Shown here piece after piece: positions 30,788-41,063 of a DNA stretch of 64,000 nt; positions within the stretch are counted from its first letter, which is position 1, and each line of letters opens with the position of its first letter. The translations under genes were made by a program, and so were the position numbers. Source of the DNA: a virus; IMG/VR virus record IMGVR_UViG_3300024339_000005; one strand, 5' to 3'. The notes beneath the pieces are model-generated. The model saw only the letters and a program-made list of their open reading frames with translations. It did no database searches and was not told the DNA's origin.

Positions 30788-31765
30788 TCACCCATTGTCA
30801 GCCGCCTTCAAAATCATTTCCCATTCATTCTTTCGTATATCCCACGAATAGAATTGGTCGGTATATGTTTTCTGTATATTCAAGAAATTTTCAATTCCAT
30901 CTGCCCGACAATTCACGATAGCTCCCGCAAGAGTGTTCGCAAACGTCTGGGCGTGTCTGTTGATATTTTCATCCCATTGATAACCCCACGCGAAGTTTGC
31001 AGTGGTTTCTGGTAGTGCAGCCAGATTCGGGCATACGATAATATTCTTGGCTGTCATTGCTTCCATCGCCGCAATGCATGAAGTCTCCTGCCAGATGCTT
31101 GGGTACGCAAAGATATGCGATTTGGTTAGAGCCTTGCGGATCACTGAATTTGGTTGTGCGCCATGATATGTGATTTTCGGGTGGTCGCGGCATTGTTGGA
31201 ACAACGGCTCATATTCCGCATCCCGTTCGCCCCAGCCATATACATTGAAACTTGAGTAAACATCAAGGTGAATATCAAACTGTTCAGCCAAAGACAAAAA
31301 CACGGGCACTAGAATATTCAACCCGCGGTGTGGCGTCGTATGATAAATGATGTTGATTGTGCCTTGGGGCTTCGGTACGTCTATGATAGGATAGATGGCA
31401 TTCTTCAACACGACCGATTGGCTCGGTGGAACACCCAAGAAATATTCATATTCCTGACGTTGCCAATTTGATACGAAAATCAATTTCTCGAATCTGTCGC
31501 GGCTTTCCTTATCTTTTAGATGCTCCGCTTCCGGGTCTCTCGCCAAATCATGGCACCAAAGAAACTTTGGCTTATCATCGAGGTCACGAACCCGCGACGA
31601 GATAATTTGAAACTTATCAAGCAAGTCGTTATCTACATTTTCATAGAGCCACTTGCGTTGTAATTCCGTTCCGCCCATAGCGTTATCGGTTGGCGTGGGA
31701 TCGTTTGTTCCATCAAACGAAAACACACCGGGCTGTTGTTGCAGCCCAGTTATCTTTAGTGCCAT
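30788..31765 (-). CDS. glycosyltransferase, GT-B (GT4-like)
   Basis: MGGTE, IYHTTPHRGL, FAYPSIWQETSCIAAMEAM, ALPET. Confidence 0.88.
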   Translation of the reverse strand: MALKITGLQQQPGVFSFDGTNDPTPTDNAMGGTELQRKWLYENVDNDLLDKFQIISSRVRDLDDKPKFLWCHDLARDPEAEHLKDKESRDRFEKLIFVSNWQRQEYEYFLGVPPSQSVVLKNAIYPIIDVPKPQGTINIIYHTTPHRGLNILVPVFLSLAEQFDIHLDVYSSFNVYGWGERDAEYEPLFQQCRDHPKITYHGAQPNSVIRKALTKSHIFAYPSIWQETSCIAAMEAMTAKNIIVCPNLAALPETTANFAWGYQWDENINRHAQTFANTLAGAIVNCRADGIENFLNIQKTYTDQFYSWDIRKNEWEMILKAADNG

Positions 31766-31774
31766 TATATTTCC

Positions 31775-32125
31775 TTATTCACCACCACAGCCGAGGTCAA
31801 AACCATCGGCAAATCCTTCTTCATAACCTTCGTCCCAACCCACACCGAAATCCTCGTCATCGTGCAATCGTCTTTCTTCGGCTCCACCATCTAGGAAACC
31901 TTCGTCATAGCCTACATCCCGACCATCTTCATACGATTGTCGGACTTCTTCATCGGCGTCACCTTCACCTTCGGCATGACCACGGTTAAAAGCCTCGTCA
32001 TAATCACCCGGACCGAAATCCATAGCATGAATAATGGCTTCACGTAGGGTCGCTCGATTATCGGAGTTCAGTTTACCGACAACTTCGCTGCCGAACAAAA
32101 TATCATTTCCAATCACACGCAACAT
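31775..32125 (-). CDS. protein with acidic G-x-x-x repeats (GYDEG-type)
   Basis: repeated YEDG/YDEG/FADG motifs. Confidence 0.5.
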   Translation of the reverse strand: MLRVIGNDILFGSEVVGKLNSDNRATLREAIIHAMDFGPGDYDEAFNRGHAEGEGDADEEVRQSYEDGRDVGYDEGFLDGGAEERRLHDDEDFGVGWDEGYEEGFADGFDLGCGGE

Positions 32126-32144
32126 AATCTATCTCCTGTAAGGG

Positions 32145-32504
32145 TCAGTAGTCTTGGCCACCGTCGACCAATTCAAAATATTTCATCAATTGCTCATAAC
32201 CACCAATCAATTCACCATTGATAACGCATTGTGGTACAGTCGTCGCACCGTTCGTCATCATTTGAAACGTCTTCATATCAACATCAACGCCGATAACCAT
32301 TTTCTTCACGGGCAAGCCACGGCTCTTTGAAAGGGCTTCTGCTTTATCACACCATGAACATAAGTCTGTACCGAAGATTTCCACCGTGGGCTTCTTCTGG
32401 TCATTCAAGACAATGGCTGGTCTGCCGTCATCAACGGGAATTTGGGTGCTTTGTGTTTGCTCTTGTTCGCCCATTGTGCCGAACAGTCTGTCTAAATTAC
32501 TCAT
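32145..32504 (-). CDS. glutaredoxin (NrdC-like)
   Basis: CSWC, TVPQ, IGGY. Confidence 0.85.
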   Translation of the reverse strand: MSNLDRLFGTMGEQEQTQSTQIPVDDGRPAIVLNDQKKPTVEIFGTDLCSWCDKAEALSKSRGLPVKKMVIGVDVDMKTFQMMTNGATTVPQCVINGELIGGYEQLMKYFELVDGGQDY

Positions 32505-32899
32505 TATGAATTCTCCTTCGGTCTATTTATCATGCCTTCTTACCGACATTTTGCACTACCATCATGCCATAGAAAATAGTTTTCTTACCCCACAGCATGA
32601 AATCCTCAACGGTCTCGACCTTTTCATATTCAAAAAGACAACAATCGCCAGCGTCGACCAATCGTAAATCCGCCCATGCTCCTCGCCCAAGGAATTTTTC
32701 ACCAGACCGAGAACTTAATTCCATATTAAGGTACACAGATTTGCCCTGATTATAATGTTCGTCGTCTATGGTATCGACTCGTAAAAATACGGGTACACGT
32801 TTCCCTCCGGTACGCGCACTGCCCATTGAGGGGTTGGGTATAGGCTTGGCATGACCTCTCCGCACAGACTCGTTATAGGCTTCAGCATCAAACGCCATA

Positions 32900-33328
32900 T
32901 CAATTTATCTCCCAGCGAGCGGTCTTGTTATTCCGACAAGCGGAAATGATGTTACTATAAATTTTGTTGTGGATTTTCACTGTCTCAAATAACTGACGGC
33001 AATACTTTCCATCAGCCCGTTGGATCGTGCTATCAACCGTGAACGACCCGCTGTTGAATGTAGATGGGTCGTACCAACTTCTAGTCTCTCCGCGCTGACC
33101 ATGTTCGGCCGCTTGTTGAAATGCAAGGTCAGTATGGTTGCGTTTTGTCTTGAACATGTTGAACACGTTCATGCCTACGAGCGCACCAGTCGCAGCACCA
33201 CCAAGCCCATAGCCAACTTTGGTTCCTATTGCAGAACCACCCAGTCCCCCTAGTGTCGAGCCATTGTTACTGCCCATACAGGCTGTCAAGGACAAAGCGA
33301 TAGCGCCTATTGCGATAAGATTTTTCAT
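32900..33328 (-). CDS. glycine-zipper lipoprotein, Rickettsia 17-kDa surface antigen-like
   Basis: lipobox LTAC, Gly zipper, W.DP.T..SG, YCR, ACR. Confidence 0.75.
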   Translation of the reverse strand: MKNLIAIGAIALSLTACMGSNNGSTLGGLGGSAIGTKVGYGLGGAATGALVGMNVFNMFKTKRNHTDLAFQQAAEHGQRGETRSWYDPSTFNSGSFTVDSTIQRADGKYCRQLFETVKIHNKIYSNIISACRNNKTARWEIN

Positions 33329-33593
33329 GGTGTACCTTTGTTGCCAAGAACTTTCACTTCTTCTAACTTGCGAACAGAGGCAGCCATGCCAGGTTCTTTG
33401 GCATTATAAACGATATTACCATATTCAACCAGAATGCAATCGTTTACATGAATGTAGTTGCCCTGAACTTCCCAGCCCTGCAACCTAAACATATAATCCT
33501 GACCAATTCTGTCAACAGCCGCCATGCCGTATTGCCCGTTGTTGAGGTCTTCTGTCAAAGCACAAACTTTCAGAAACACTTGGTTATTTTCCA

Positions 33594-34271
33594 TCACGCG
33601 GCTCCTACGTTATTCAGAACTTTGATTCGATTGAAACGAGTCTCTTTGACCCCAGTGTAGGTGCTGATCTCTTGACCGACAGGCGTCCCTTTGAACAGGA
33701 AGCATTCGCCCTTCTCTGCAATAGAGGCATTGATATCGCAAATGATAACACCCATGTTACCAGTGCGGTCAACGACCTTATTGACTTTGAAGCCACGATT
33801 TGAAACAGGAACCACTTCAATGAGTTTCACAAAGAATTCACCGCGCTTCTTCAGGGTGCCCATGAACTCGCTACCTTTGTGCGCTTCCTTGAACTTGGCT
33901 TGGTCTTCTATACGAGCCATTTCTTTTTTGTAAACGTCAAACATAGCCGCCAAGATAGCCACTTCATTCGACTTGATATCGCCTGTACGAGAACCATTGC
34001 GAAGAACATGGATTCCGCTATTAAGGAAATCGTTGCGGTTGTCGGTATGAGCATTAGCCCAGTTCACCATCGACATACCAAGCATGGTCAGGGTATTGGT
34101 TCGTGGATCTATAGTGGAATTTTGATATGCCGCGAGGGCAACGACCGAAGTAGGCGTTTCGCCTGTGGCCATGGCTTGGGTCTTAGATACAAACCCGTTC
34201 AAGTCAATCTCCGCTTGAATATGGCGAAAGATGAAATTGAAGTTGATACGGATGTTTTTCGCTTTGGTCAT
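33594..34271 (-). CDS. early hypothetical protein
   Basis: long ORF after promoter repeat and GGAGAG RBS. Confidence 0.55.
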   Translation of the reverse strand: MTKAKNIRINFNFIFRHIQAEIDLNGFVSKTQAMATGETPTSVVALAAYQNSTIDPRTNTLTMLGMSMVNWANAHTDNRNDFLNSGIHVLRNGSRTGDIKSNEVAILAAMFDVYKKEMARIEDQAKFKEAHKGSEFMGTLKKRGEFFVKLIEVVPVSNRGFKVNKVVDRTGNMGVIICDINASIAEKGECFLFKGTPVGQEISTYTGVKETRFNRIKVLNNVGAA

Positions 34272-34286
34272 GGTTCTCTCCGGTTG

Positions 34287-34331
34287 CTGATCTTACTATC
34301 TGATCATGCACCATTTCCAACCAAATGTCAA
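34287..34331 (-). promoter_or_regulatory. conserved early promoter repeat
   Basis: same 45-bp element. Confidence 0.8.
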
Positions 34332-34337
34332 GTGTTT

Positions 34338-35375
34338 TTATCGAATAATATCAAAAATTATTTTTTCTATTATTTCAGTCCTTATGTTAAAAGCACCATT
34401 TGTTGACCTAAAAGCATTGCCCGCCCAATCAGCGGTTCTGATTTTTTCATATAAATCTTCATCTGATACAATTTTTAAGCCAAACCCACGCCGCTGGGGC
34501 AATTCCTCAAAATTGGAATATGCTTTCATTGCGCTTTCACCAAAACATGTAGATGGTATATAAACATCACACGAATTTATATGTTTTTTATTCCTTGTTG
34601 AACCAGGTGAACCACCATCCGAAAGAGAATAGATGGTTACATGATCACTAACGTCAATATCAATTTCATTAGATGCTTCAACAATAATGTTTCCCCAGAC
34701 CTGAAACACAACATTCACAACAACCGATTTGCCGTCTGGATAAAAGAAAGAACTATCGATTCTTTCAGAATGAATTAGATTCAATCCTTTAACTCTTTTT
34801 TTACAACTGCCTCGGCCGTTACTATCAAATGTCTGTGGTAAAATAAAACAAACAAAATCACTAAATTTACTGGCGTGATTAATGAATTTTAATGCCATGT
34901 GTCCCCTGAAACCAAATGGTGGATTACCTATACATATATTATTTTCCGTACTAGGAAACCATGAAAGAAAATCAGACTTCAGAATATCATCAATCTTGGG
35001 TTCGATATCCACACCAATTCTCTTTTCTTCGGGTAACAGATTGTAAAAAGCACCAGCACCCGCAGAAGGTTCTATGAAATTATATTTTTCAATATCAACA
35101 CCAAGGCTCTTGAGGATTTCATATGTTTTTGAAATACAGCTTTTTGCCGTTGATATATTTGTGTAAAATTGATCTTTTTCGCCGAAACTCAAATCATCTA
35201 AATTTGTTTCCCCGGCACTTAATTTACACAAATCAAGATAATATTGAGAGGGCACCCTTTTCTTCTCATTCCATCGACCGATGGCGTCAACACCAACACC
35301 CATATGTTCTGAAATTTCTTCAATCGAATGCGACGACAACAATTCTTCAAATAAAACCAATGTTTTATTCATCAA
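34338..35375 (-). CDS. N6-adenine DNA methyltransferase (gamma order) with N-terminal HTH
   Basis: DQFYT (motif X), IEPSAGAGAF (motif I), GNPPF (motif IV), FILP. Confidence 0.88.
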   Translation of the reverse strand: MMNKTLVLFEELLSSHSIEEISEHMGVGVDAIGRWNEKKRVPSQYYLDLCKLSAGETNLDDLSFGEKDQFYTNISTAKSCISKTYEILKSLGVDIEKYNFIEPSAGAGAFYNLLPEEKRIGVDIEPKIDDILKSDFLSWFPSTENNICIGNPPFGFRGHMALKFINHASKFSDFVCFILPQTFDSNGRGSCKKRVKGLNLIHSERIDSSFFYPDGKSVVVNVVFQVWGNIIVEASNEIDIDVSDHVTIYSLSDGGSPGSTRNKKHINSCDVYIPSTCFGESAMKAYSNFEELPQRRGFGLKIVSDEDLYEKIRTADWAGNAFRSTNGAFNIRTEIIEKIIFDIIR

Positions 35376-35998
35376 GATAACCTATCATTGATAAATGATG
35401 ATATGTTTTTATGAGTGGTGTTTTTGTCTACATAAATAGCCATTTTTTCACCTACCATTCTTGTGTATCCCTTTCTTACATCTTTAGTTTTCATCATATC
35501 AAATTTGAAGCCGTCTTTACAAGGAGTTTTAACACGTTGTAAAATCGAATGTTTTTCGCCCCTTTTCGGAAATTCGGAATGTTTGTGGATGGTTATATAA
35601 AAATTCCCATCTTCACCAACACACCTATCATAGAACATCAGATAATCCCAGCCGTCTTCCTTAATACTGTCATGCTGCCACGAATCGAGGTTGCGGCCTT
35701 CCATAGAAGATTTAACTTCGACTTTCTTTTGGGTGGCTTTGCCATCAGGCATTTCAGTTATGACAAAATCATAAGTATCGGCGTCTTTGGATGAAATATT
35801 AGAATCGCCTTCCCAAAAAACACCGAAGCCAATAGATTCTAACAATGCAACACAAAATTCTTCACCATTGCGACCACGTTCGTCTGTAGACATATGACCC
35901 AATTTTTGATATGGTGATTTTTTCCATATATCATTATTCATAGATTTTATAGTTTTTTCAGCCACCGACCGGGAAATCTTCAAAGGATTTTTCAACAT
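35372..35998 (-). CDS. putative restriction-endonuclease-like PD-(D/E)XK protein
   Basis: G..GE, YD...VEVKS catalytic pattern; overlaps the MTase start. Confidence 0.55.
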   Translation of the reverse strand: MLKNPLKISRSVAEKTIKSMNNDIWKKSPYQKLGHMSTDERGRNGEEFCVALLESIGFGVFWEGDSNISSKDADTYDFVITEMPDGKATQKKVEVKSSMEGRNLDSWQHDSIKEDGWDYLMFYDRCVGEDGNFYITIHKHSEFPKRGEKHSILQRVKTPCKDGFKFDMMKTKDVRKGYTRMVGEKMAIYVDKNTTHKNISSFINDRLS

Positions 35999-36574
35999 TT
36001 TCAGTTCCTATATTCAACTTACTATTTGTTCATAGAGGAAAACTAAGCAAATGTCAAGACAATTCTTCAATTATTTTGAAAAAAGTTTCCCTTGCGGCAT
36101 CCATATCATGGCTCCACCTGTCACCACCATCGGGATATTTCACCCAGTCGCATGGTTCGTCTGTGGGGTAATCTTCATCGGTGGCTTCCCACACCCGTTT
36201 ATATTCCTTTGCAGCCGTAAGTAGCAAAGCGTTAAAGAGTTGCACTTCTGGTTCAGTCATTTCGCACCACCATCACGGGCACCATTAATACCAAGCCCAG
36301 CATTCTTGGCGATCAGATATTCCCGATACTCTGCAAACTTGGGATCCATTTTCATTTCATCCAGTTCGGCTGTCCTGTCTTTGATTTGCTTTTTAACCTC
36401 TTTCAATTCGTCATGGGCTTTAAACAAATCTCGTTTGTCATACAAAGAGGCTTCCATGCGGTTAGCAAGAACCTGGGCTTCTTCAATCATGCCCTTCATA
36501 TATGAATAATTGTGGCCTTCGTGCGCTGTACGCATTTCTTGCAGAACGTCGCAGATATAACGATTAGGCATTTT

Positions 36575-37177
36575 CTACTCCTCAAGAGCCTGAATGATTG
36601 TCTGGATTCGCATTACGTCCATGGCAATATCGTGCCGTGGATCGTGGGCGATAAATTTGTCTTCTAATCCATCGGGAATGTATTTGTTGCTAACACCTGA
36701 ACCCCAAGAGAGTCCTTCAATCATGGTGCGGGTGTCACGGATATTGTAGAATTTGTAGGGTTCCGGGTTGCCCGTAGCAAGACAGAGGCTTTCCATAAAC
36801 ATAGGGTCAAAGGTATTTCCTCGGGTGTAAACCTTCTTTGGGTTCGCACAGTAGGCGACCACGCTATCGTACAGAGTGTCGATAGAAACATCGGTGTCCA
36901 TAGGGCGAATCATTTTCTTCGCTTCTGCATTTTGTGTAGCCCACCAATCGACGGTAGACTGCATGACCTTACGACCATATCTCTGAACCTGTTCGCCAAC
37001 ATCAAACTTGATGAACACGGCTTTCGCAACCAAGTCTTCATATTCATAGACGGCTTTTTCATCATAGGCTAACATGCCAAGAGAGACAACAACACCATCA
37101 TATGGATTCGTTGACATTGTTTCAAAATCAAAAATCAGGCAGTCATTCGCCATTGTCATCACCTTTGCTATAACCAA
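36575..37177 (-). CDS. dexA: exonuclease A (DEDD 3'-5')
   Basis: IFDFET, TVDWW..Q, RGN.FD, IRDTRT, AHDPRHDIAMDV. Confidence 0.88.
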   Translation of the reverse strand: MVIAKVMTMANDCLIFDFETMSTNPYDGVVVSLGMLAYDEKAVYEYEDLVAKAVFIKFDVGEQVQRYGRKVMQSTVDWWATQNAEAKKMIRPMDTDVSIDTLYDSVVAYCANPKKVYTRGNTFDPMFMESLCLATGNPEPYKFYNIRDTRTMIEGLSWGSGVSNKYIPDGLEDKFIAHDPRHDIAMDVMRIQTIIQALEE

Positions 37178-37697
37178 GAACGTCCTTGACGGACAGTTGT
37201 TTCACAGTCTGGCTCAATGTCCACCGATGAAGAATTCGTTTTTCATCATTGCGATCGTGGCTCATAACAAGGCCCGCATTATACAGACTTTTAAACATTT
37301 GTTGGATGGTCATTTCACTCTCCCTATTCTGTCCGAATTACTAACATACCACTTTCAGAAGTCTTTGGATTGACAAACTTGGTTTGTGTAAATGACATTG
37401 CATTTCTGACTGTCACGGGTATTGCTAATCGCTTCATACTTGGTGGTAGCTTGTCGTCTGGTACAAAAAAAGAGCCACCGACGGGTGTGGAATGCCATGG
37501 ATATTTACAACGAGAATCATTTGTACGAATAGGAAACGCTTTAGTTTCTGTTGGTGTGAATGTTTGAAATTCCATTTCTCTCTCCTCTTGAAAATCGGTG
37601 GTGCAGTTTAACGTCATGCGCCCGGACGAGAAGTACGGATTTGCCGGCGGTACTTGTACTATCGCCGTATCGCTGCCTAGCGAGAGAGGTGAGAGAA

Positions 37698-39155
37698 CTA
37701 GGCAGCAATCTTGTATCTGTCAACCATTACAGTTGCCAGCATGATTGCTTCTGGAGTCATATCTTCTCCCGAAAGAATTGACTTCAAAATGTTCGGTGAG
37801 AAACCTGAAACAAGCGCCGTGCCCGCTTCATCAAACCGAACGGGAACATTACCGTCACGGGCGTTCAGGTTCCAGAATACCACGTTTGGCATTTCGTAAC
37901 CAGCCTGACGGAACAGAGTCTTGGTTGCTTCCATGGCAGTCAAGTTGAAACTACCTGAAGCGCAATGGTCGAACTCCATATCAGACAGGATAACCAGCGT
38001 CTTAGGCATATCCTCTTGTGGAACACGGTGAGTCTGGGCGTGTGACAAAATCTTAGCCATAGCCTTCATCAAATCGGTGTTCATGCCCCAATCAGACCGG
38101 ATCATTGACATAAACTTTTCAATGATATCACCCTTTAAGTTTTCCAACTTTGGGTTACCGGAGAAGGTCAAGAACGTGTCCTTAAAAGCGCCCTCTTGCT
38201 TGTCTGCGATATACAAGCCAAGAGAGACCGCAACGTCCATACATGACAGGTTGTTGTTACCAGCAACGGGGCAACCCATTGAACCGGAGGTGTCAACCAT
38301 AGCCAGTATGTTGTCGTCACCCAACATGTTTGGAAGGGCGTTCCATTGCGCGATAATTACTTCCTTGTTAGAAACGGTGGTATCCTGACGCCAACCATAA
38401 TTCATGTTAGCCCGCAGAGACTTGATAACGTCATAAGGATAGATAGCCCCGGCGTTGATCTTTTCAGTGCCTGCTTCTAGTCCCTCACGGTACTTGCTAT
38501 AAGCATCCGTTGCGTTCTTAGAGAAAGCCTTTTGGTAACGAGCAGCCGCGACAGAAGGTACCTTGCCGAATTCAATTGCGTCCCATTCTTTGGCGCACAT
38601 TTGAGATTCAACAACCTTAGTCAGACCCACCAGAGTCTTGCGATAGAATTTTGGTGACCAGCCGAGGTTGCGACGAATATCGGCAGCCTTCTTACCCTTA
38701 CGAGGCATCCACTTAGCGCAGAGACCGTCACCAGCCTCAAGTGCCTTACGAATCATTTCGATTGCATAAACTTGGGCACGACCTGTGCCGCAATTCAGAA
38801 TATCATCCCAGCGACCCAATTCAGGCACCATTGCCAGTACGCTTTCGAATTCGTCTGGGTCCATGGTGCGTTCCATAACCAACAGTAGGCTACGGAAGGT
38901 CTGGCGTTCGCCAGCACCACCACGAATATCGCGGGCCCATAGAGCCGTACGAATAGCGAGGTCGGGGTTATGTTGGAAGGCTTTAGAGAATGCGCCTGTA
39001 ACATCATTGTTACGGCTAGACCCAATTTGGAAAAACAGGTCAGTGTTTACGTCAAGTGACGATGTGCGGGTAGCCATACCATTGAAGGTAAGCCCGTAGT
39101 CGTCACGCATACCAAGAGACTTGGTGTTGATTGAGTCGGTGAAAGTGTTCATCAT
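37698..39155 (-). CDS. DUF2828-type helical + vWA protein (Ro60/TROVE-like architecture)
   Basis: T.NG, DLFF, RDIRGGAGER, GRWDD, AKWMPRK, C-terminal vWA MIDAS DTSGSM, TFS, SDMEFD, VFWNL, VSGFS. Confidence 0.8.
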   Translation of the reverse strand: MMNTFTDSINTKSLGMRDDYGLTFNGMATRTSSLDVNTDLFFQIGSSRNNDVTGAFSKAFQHNPDLAIRTALWARDIRGGAGERQTFRSLLLVMERTMDPDEFESVLAMVPELGRWDDILNCGTGRAQVYAIEMIRKALEAGDGLCAKWMPRKGKKAADIRRNLGWSPKFYRKTLVGLTKVVESQMCAKEWDAIEFGKVPSVAAARYQKAFSKNATDAYSKYREGLEAGTEKINAGAIYPYDVIKSLRANMNYGWRQDTTVSNKEVIIAQWNALPNMLGDDNILAMVDTSGSMGCPVAGNNNLSCMDVAVSLGLYIADKQEGAFKDTFLTFSGNPKLENLKGDIIEKFMSMIRSDWGMNTDLMKAMAKILSHAQTHRVPQEDMPKTLVILSDMEFDHCASGSFNLTAMEATKTLFRQAGYEMPNVVFWNLNARDGNVPVRFDEAGTALVSGFSPNILKSILSGEDMTPEAIMLATVMVDRYKIAA

Positions 39156-39175
39156 TCTCTCCATTATAAGTTAGC

Positions 39176-39482
39176 AGGCTCGACTTGGTTTTTTATACAA
39201 AAAAAGTTAGTTGCTGTAACGAGCCTTAAAAGTTTCGTCAGGGTGACGATATTTATCGACGGCTTTTACCTCCGCCTACAGATTGTTTCTGCCCTTATTA
39301 TTTTCTGTGGTATCGGCGCCCACTGGCTAAAAAATTTAGTTGCTGTATTCACCCTAGTAAAGTTTAACGGGATGCCAATTTACAGTTTTCTTCTGCATTC
39401 TAATTTTTTCCAGTGGTTAGACTTCCACCCAGTCCCATATTTCAGAGACATTCTGATTTGTTTTAGTTGCTGAAATCATCCC
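39176..39482 (-). ncRNA. array of three stem-closed RNAs with a conserved CAGCAACTAA motif (Y-RNA-like)
   Basis: units 39369-39482, 39240-39355 and 39176-39226, each closed by a 6-7 bp stem of different sequence; shared motif and AACTT linkers. Confidence 0.6.
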
Positions 39483-39507
39483 TAATTTCGTAATCTTCAT
39501 TATCTTG

Positions 39508-39536
39508 ATCATACTACGTTTTTTGTGTTTCGTCAA
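39508..39536 (-). promoter_or_regulatory. sigma70-type promoter for the RNA array and DUF2828 gene
   Basis: TTGACG-17bp-TATGAT. Confidence 0.7.
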
Positions 39537-39578
39537 TACTTTTTTTGAGAAAATATTGACATACCTGTTTCAGAGAAT

Positions 39579-39653
39579 TGGTACTCCCGGCTGGACTTGA
39601 ACCAACATCATAACCGTTATGAGCGATAGGCTTTACCGTTAAGCTACGAGAGC
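39579..39653 (-). tRNA. tRNA-Met/Ile2 (CAT)
   Basis: cloverleaf, CT-CAT-AA loop, CCA. Confidence 0.85.
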
Positions 39654-39658
39654 AATCT

Positions 39659-39734
39659 TGGAGCGGCCAGGGAGAATCGAACTCCACTCAGTACGGGTTG
39701 GAAACCCGACGACTGATCCCGTCAGCTTGGCCGC
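39659..39734 (-). tRNA. tRNA-Gly (TCC)
   Basis: GCGGCCA/TGGCCGC, TT-TCC-AA, U73, CCA. Confidence 0.85.
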
Positions 39735-39737
39735 AAT

Positions 39738-39811
39738 TGGTGCCGCTACGAGGAATCGAACCCCGAAATTCTGATTACAAAACAGACATTATGCCATTTA
39801 ATTATAGCGGC
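39738..39811 (-). tRNA. tRNA-Thr (TGT)
   Basis: cloverleaf, CCA. Confidence 0.9.
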
Positions 39812-40139
39812 GTTATTTCTTATTTCTCGGCTGGTCCTTCAATTGCGTTGATAACTTGTTCAACAGGATCAAACCCCGCTTCAATCGCAGCGGCTTCGGC
39901 AATTAGGTCTTGACCTTTATCACCAAATACTTTTTGTGGTGCGAGCCAGCGAATGCTTCTTGCAAGACGGGTAGGGCATTTTGTAATTACGCCACCGTTT
40001 GCTAGGAATTCGGCTGTCAGTCTTTCAATTTCTTTTCGTTGTTGAATTTTCTCAATTGAAGGCGATACCATCATTGTCTCTCTCCGATGTTTCAGTATTT
40101 ATTGATCATAGTCTATTTGGGTCGAAATGTCAATACTTT

Positions 40140-40421
40140 TTATCCGCCCATATAAATCTGGTCAAGCATTTCTTTGAAGGCAGATACCTTTTCAACACGA
40201 TTGGGCCACAAGATATATTCCTTTTCAGGGTTTTCACAGAGGTTCCGCAAGAGTGGTTGAATGGCATTATACAAATTATTCAACTTCTCGTCGGTCTCCT
40301 CTAAATCAAGTTGTGTTTCTGAGGCAGCCAGCGTCGCTGTTTCCGAGGCTGCGACCGCTTCTGTTACTACGGTCAGGTCATCGCCATCAACGAGTGAAAA
40401 ACCAAAATCAAATTCTTCCAT
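40140..40421 (-). CDS. conserved T4-like hypothetical protein
   Basis: FDFGFS, LYNAI.PLL.NL..NPEKEYILWPNR. Confidence 0.65.
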   Translation of the reverse strand: MEEFDFGFSLVDGDDLTVVTEAVAASETATLAASETQLDLEETDEKLNNLYNAIQPLLRNLCENPEKEYILWPNRVEKVSAFKEMLDQIYMGG

Positions 40422-40666
40422 CTAAATCTCCAAGTCTATTTTGTTGCCCATGTGGTCATACTTAGGCAATTTCTTTTCGTCTTTATTTATGTCATCAGGT
40501 GGCGTAGGTGGTTCGACTTTCCGCCTTTGCTCAATCCTTTCGTCATATTCAAATGTTGATCTTGTTTTGGCTAATTTCATTGTCTCTCTCAAATTGGTTA
40601 CGACAGGCACCGTCGCGCCCATCGTCTTAGTATATCCTGCTCTTGGACCTACAGATATACCGTTAT

Positions 40667-40740
40667 TGGTGCCACTAGATAGAATCGAACTATCATCTAT
40701 CCCGTACCAGGGGATTGCATTGCCATTGTGCTATAGCGGC
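40667..40740 (-). tRNA. tRNA-Thr (GGT)
   Basis: cloverleaf, CCA. Confidence 0.9.
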
Positions 40741-41063
40741 AGTAATTCTTGTGGTAAGTCGACCATATCAATCAATGTGATTTTATCGCCGTACAGACCT
40801 TGTATTTTATCCCATATCCCAGCCTGCGCCATTGACATTCTTTCAGCGCCAACATGACATTTATAAATGCTACCCGAATGACCGTGGAATAAATAACAAT
40901 CATCTTCTTCAAGGTAACTTGTGTAGGCGATACCAGAATTGATTCTCCATGAATCGCCGTCGAGATATCCACCACTCCAACCACCAAGAACTTTGTAAAG
41001 AACCTCGTCGTCGTCGTTTTCAATCCGCATAATTTTCCAGTGGTGCGGGTAATATTCAGTCAT
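40731..41063 (-). CDS. conserved phage hypothetical protein
   Basis: YKVLGGWSGGYLDGDSWRINSGI...GHSGSIY.C. Confidence 0.65.
   Translation of the reverse strand: MTEYYPHHWKIMRIENDDDEVLYKVLGGWSGGYLDGDSWRINSGIAYTSYLEEDDCYLFHGHSGSIYKCHVGAERMSMAQAGIWDKIQGLYGDKITLIDMVDLPQELLPL

Noticed and set aside
39176-39482. CAGCAAC array as a mini-CRISPR
   Set aside because: The conserved core is only ~10 nt, unit lengths vary (51-116 nt) and each unit is closed by its own stem, which fits structured RNAs better.
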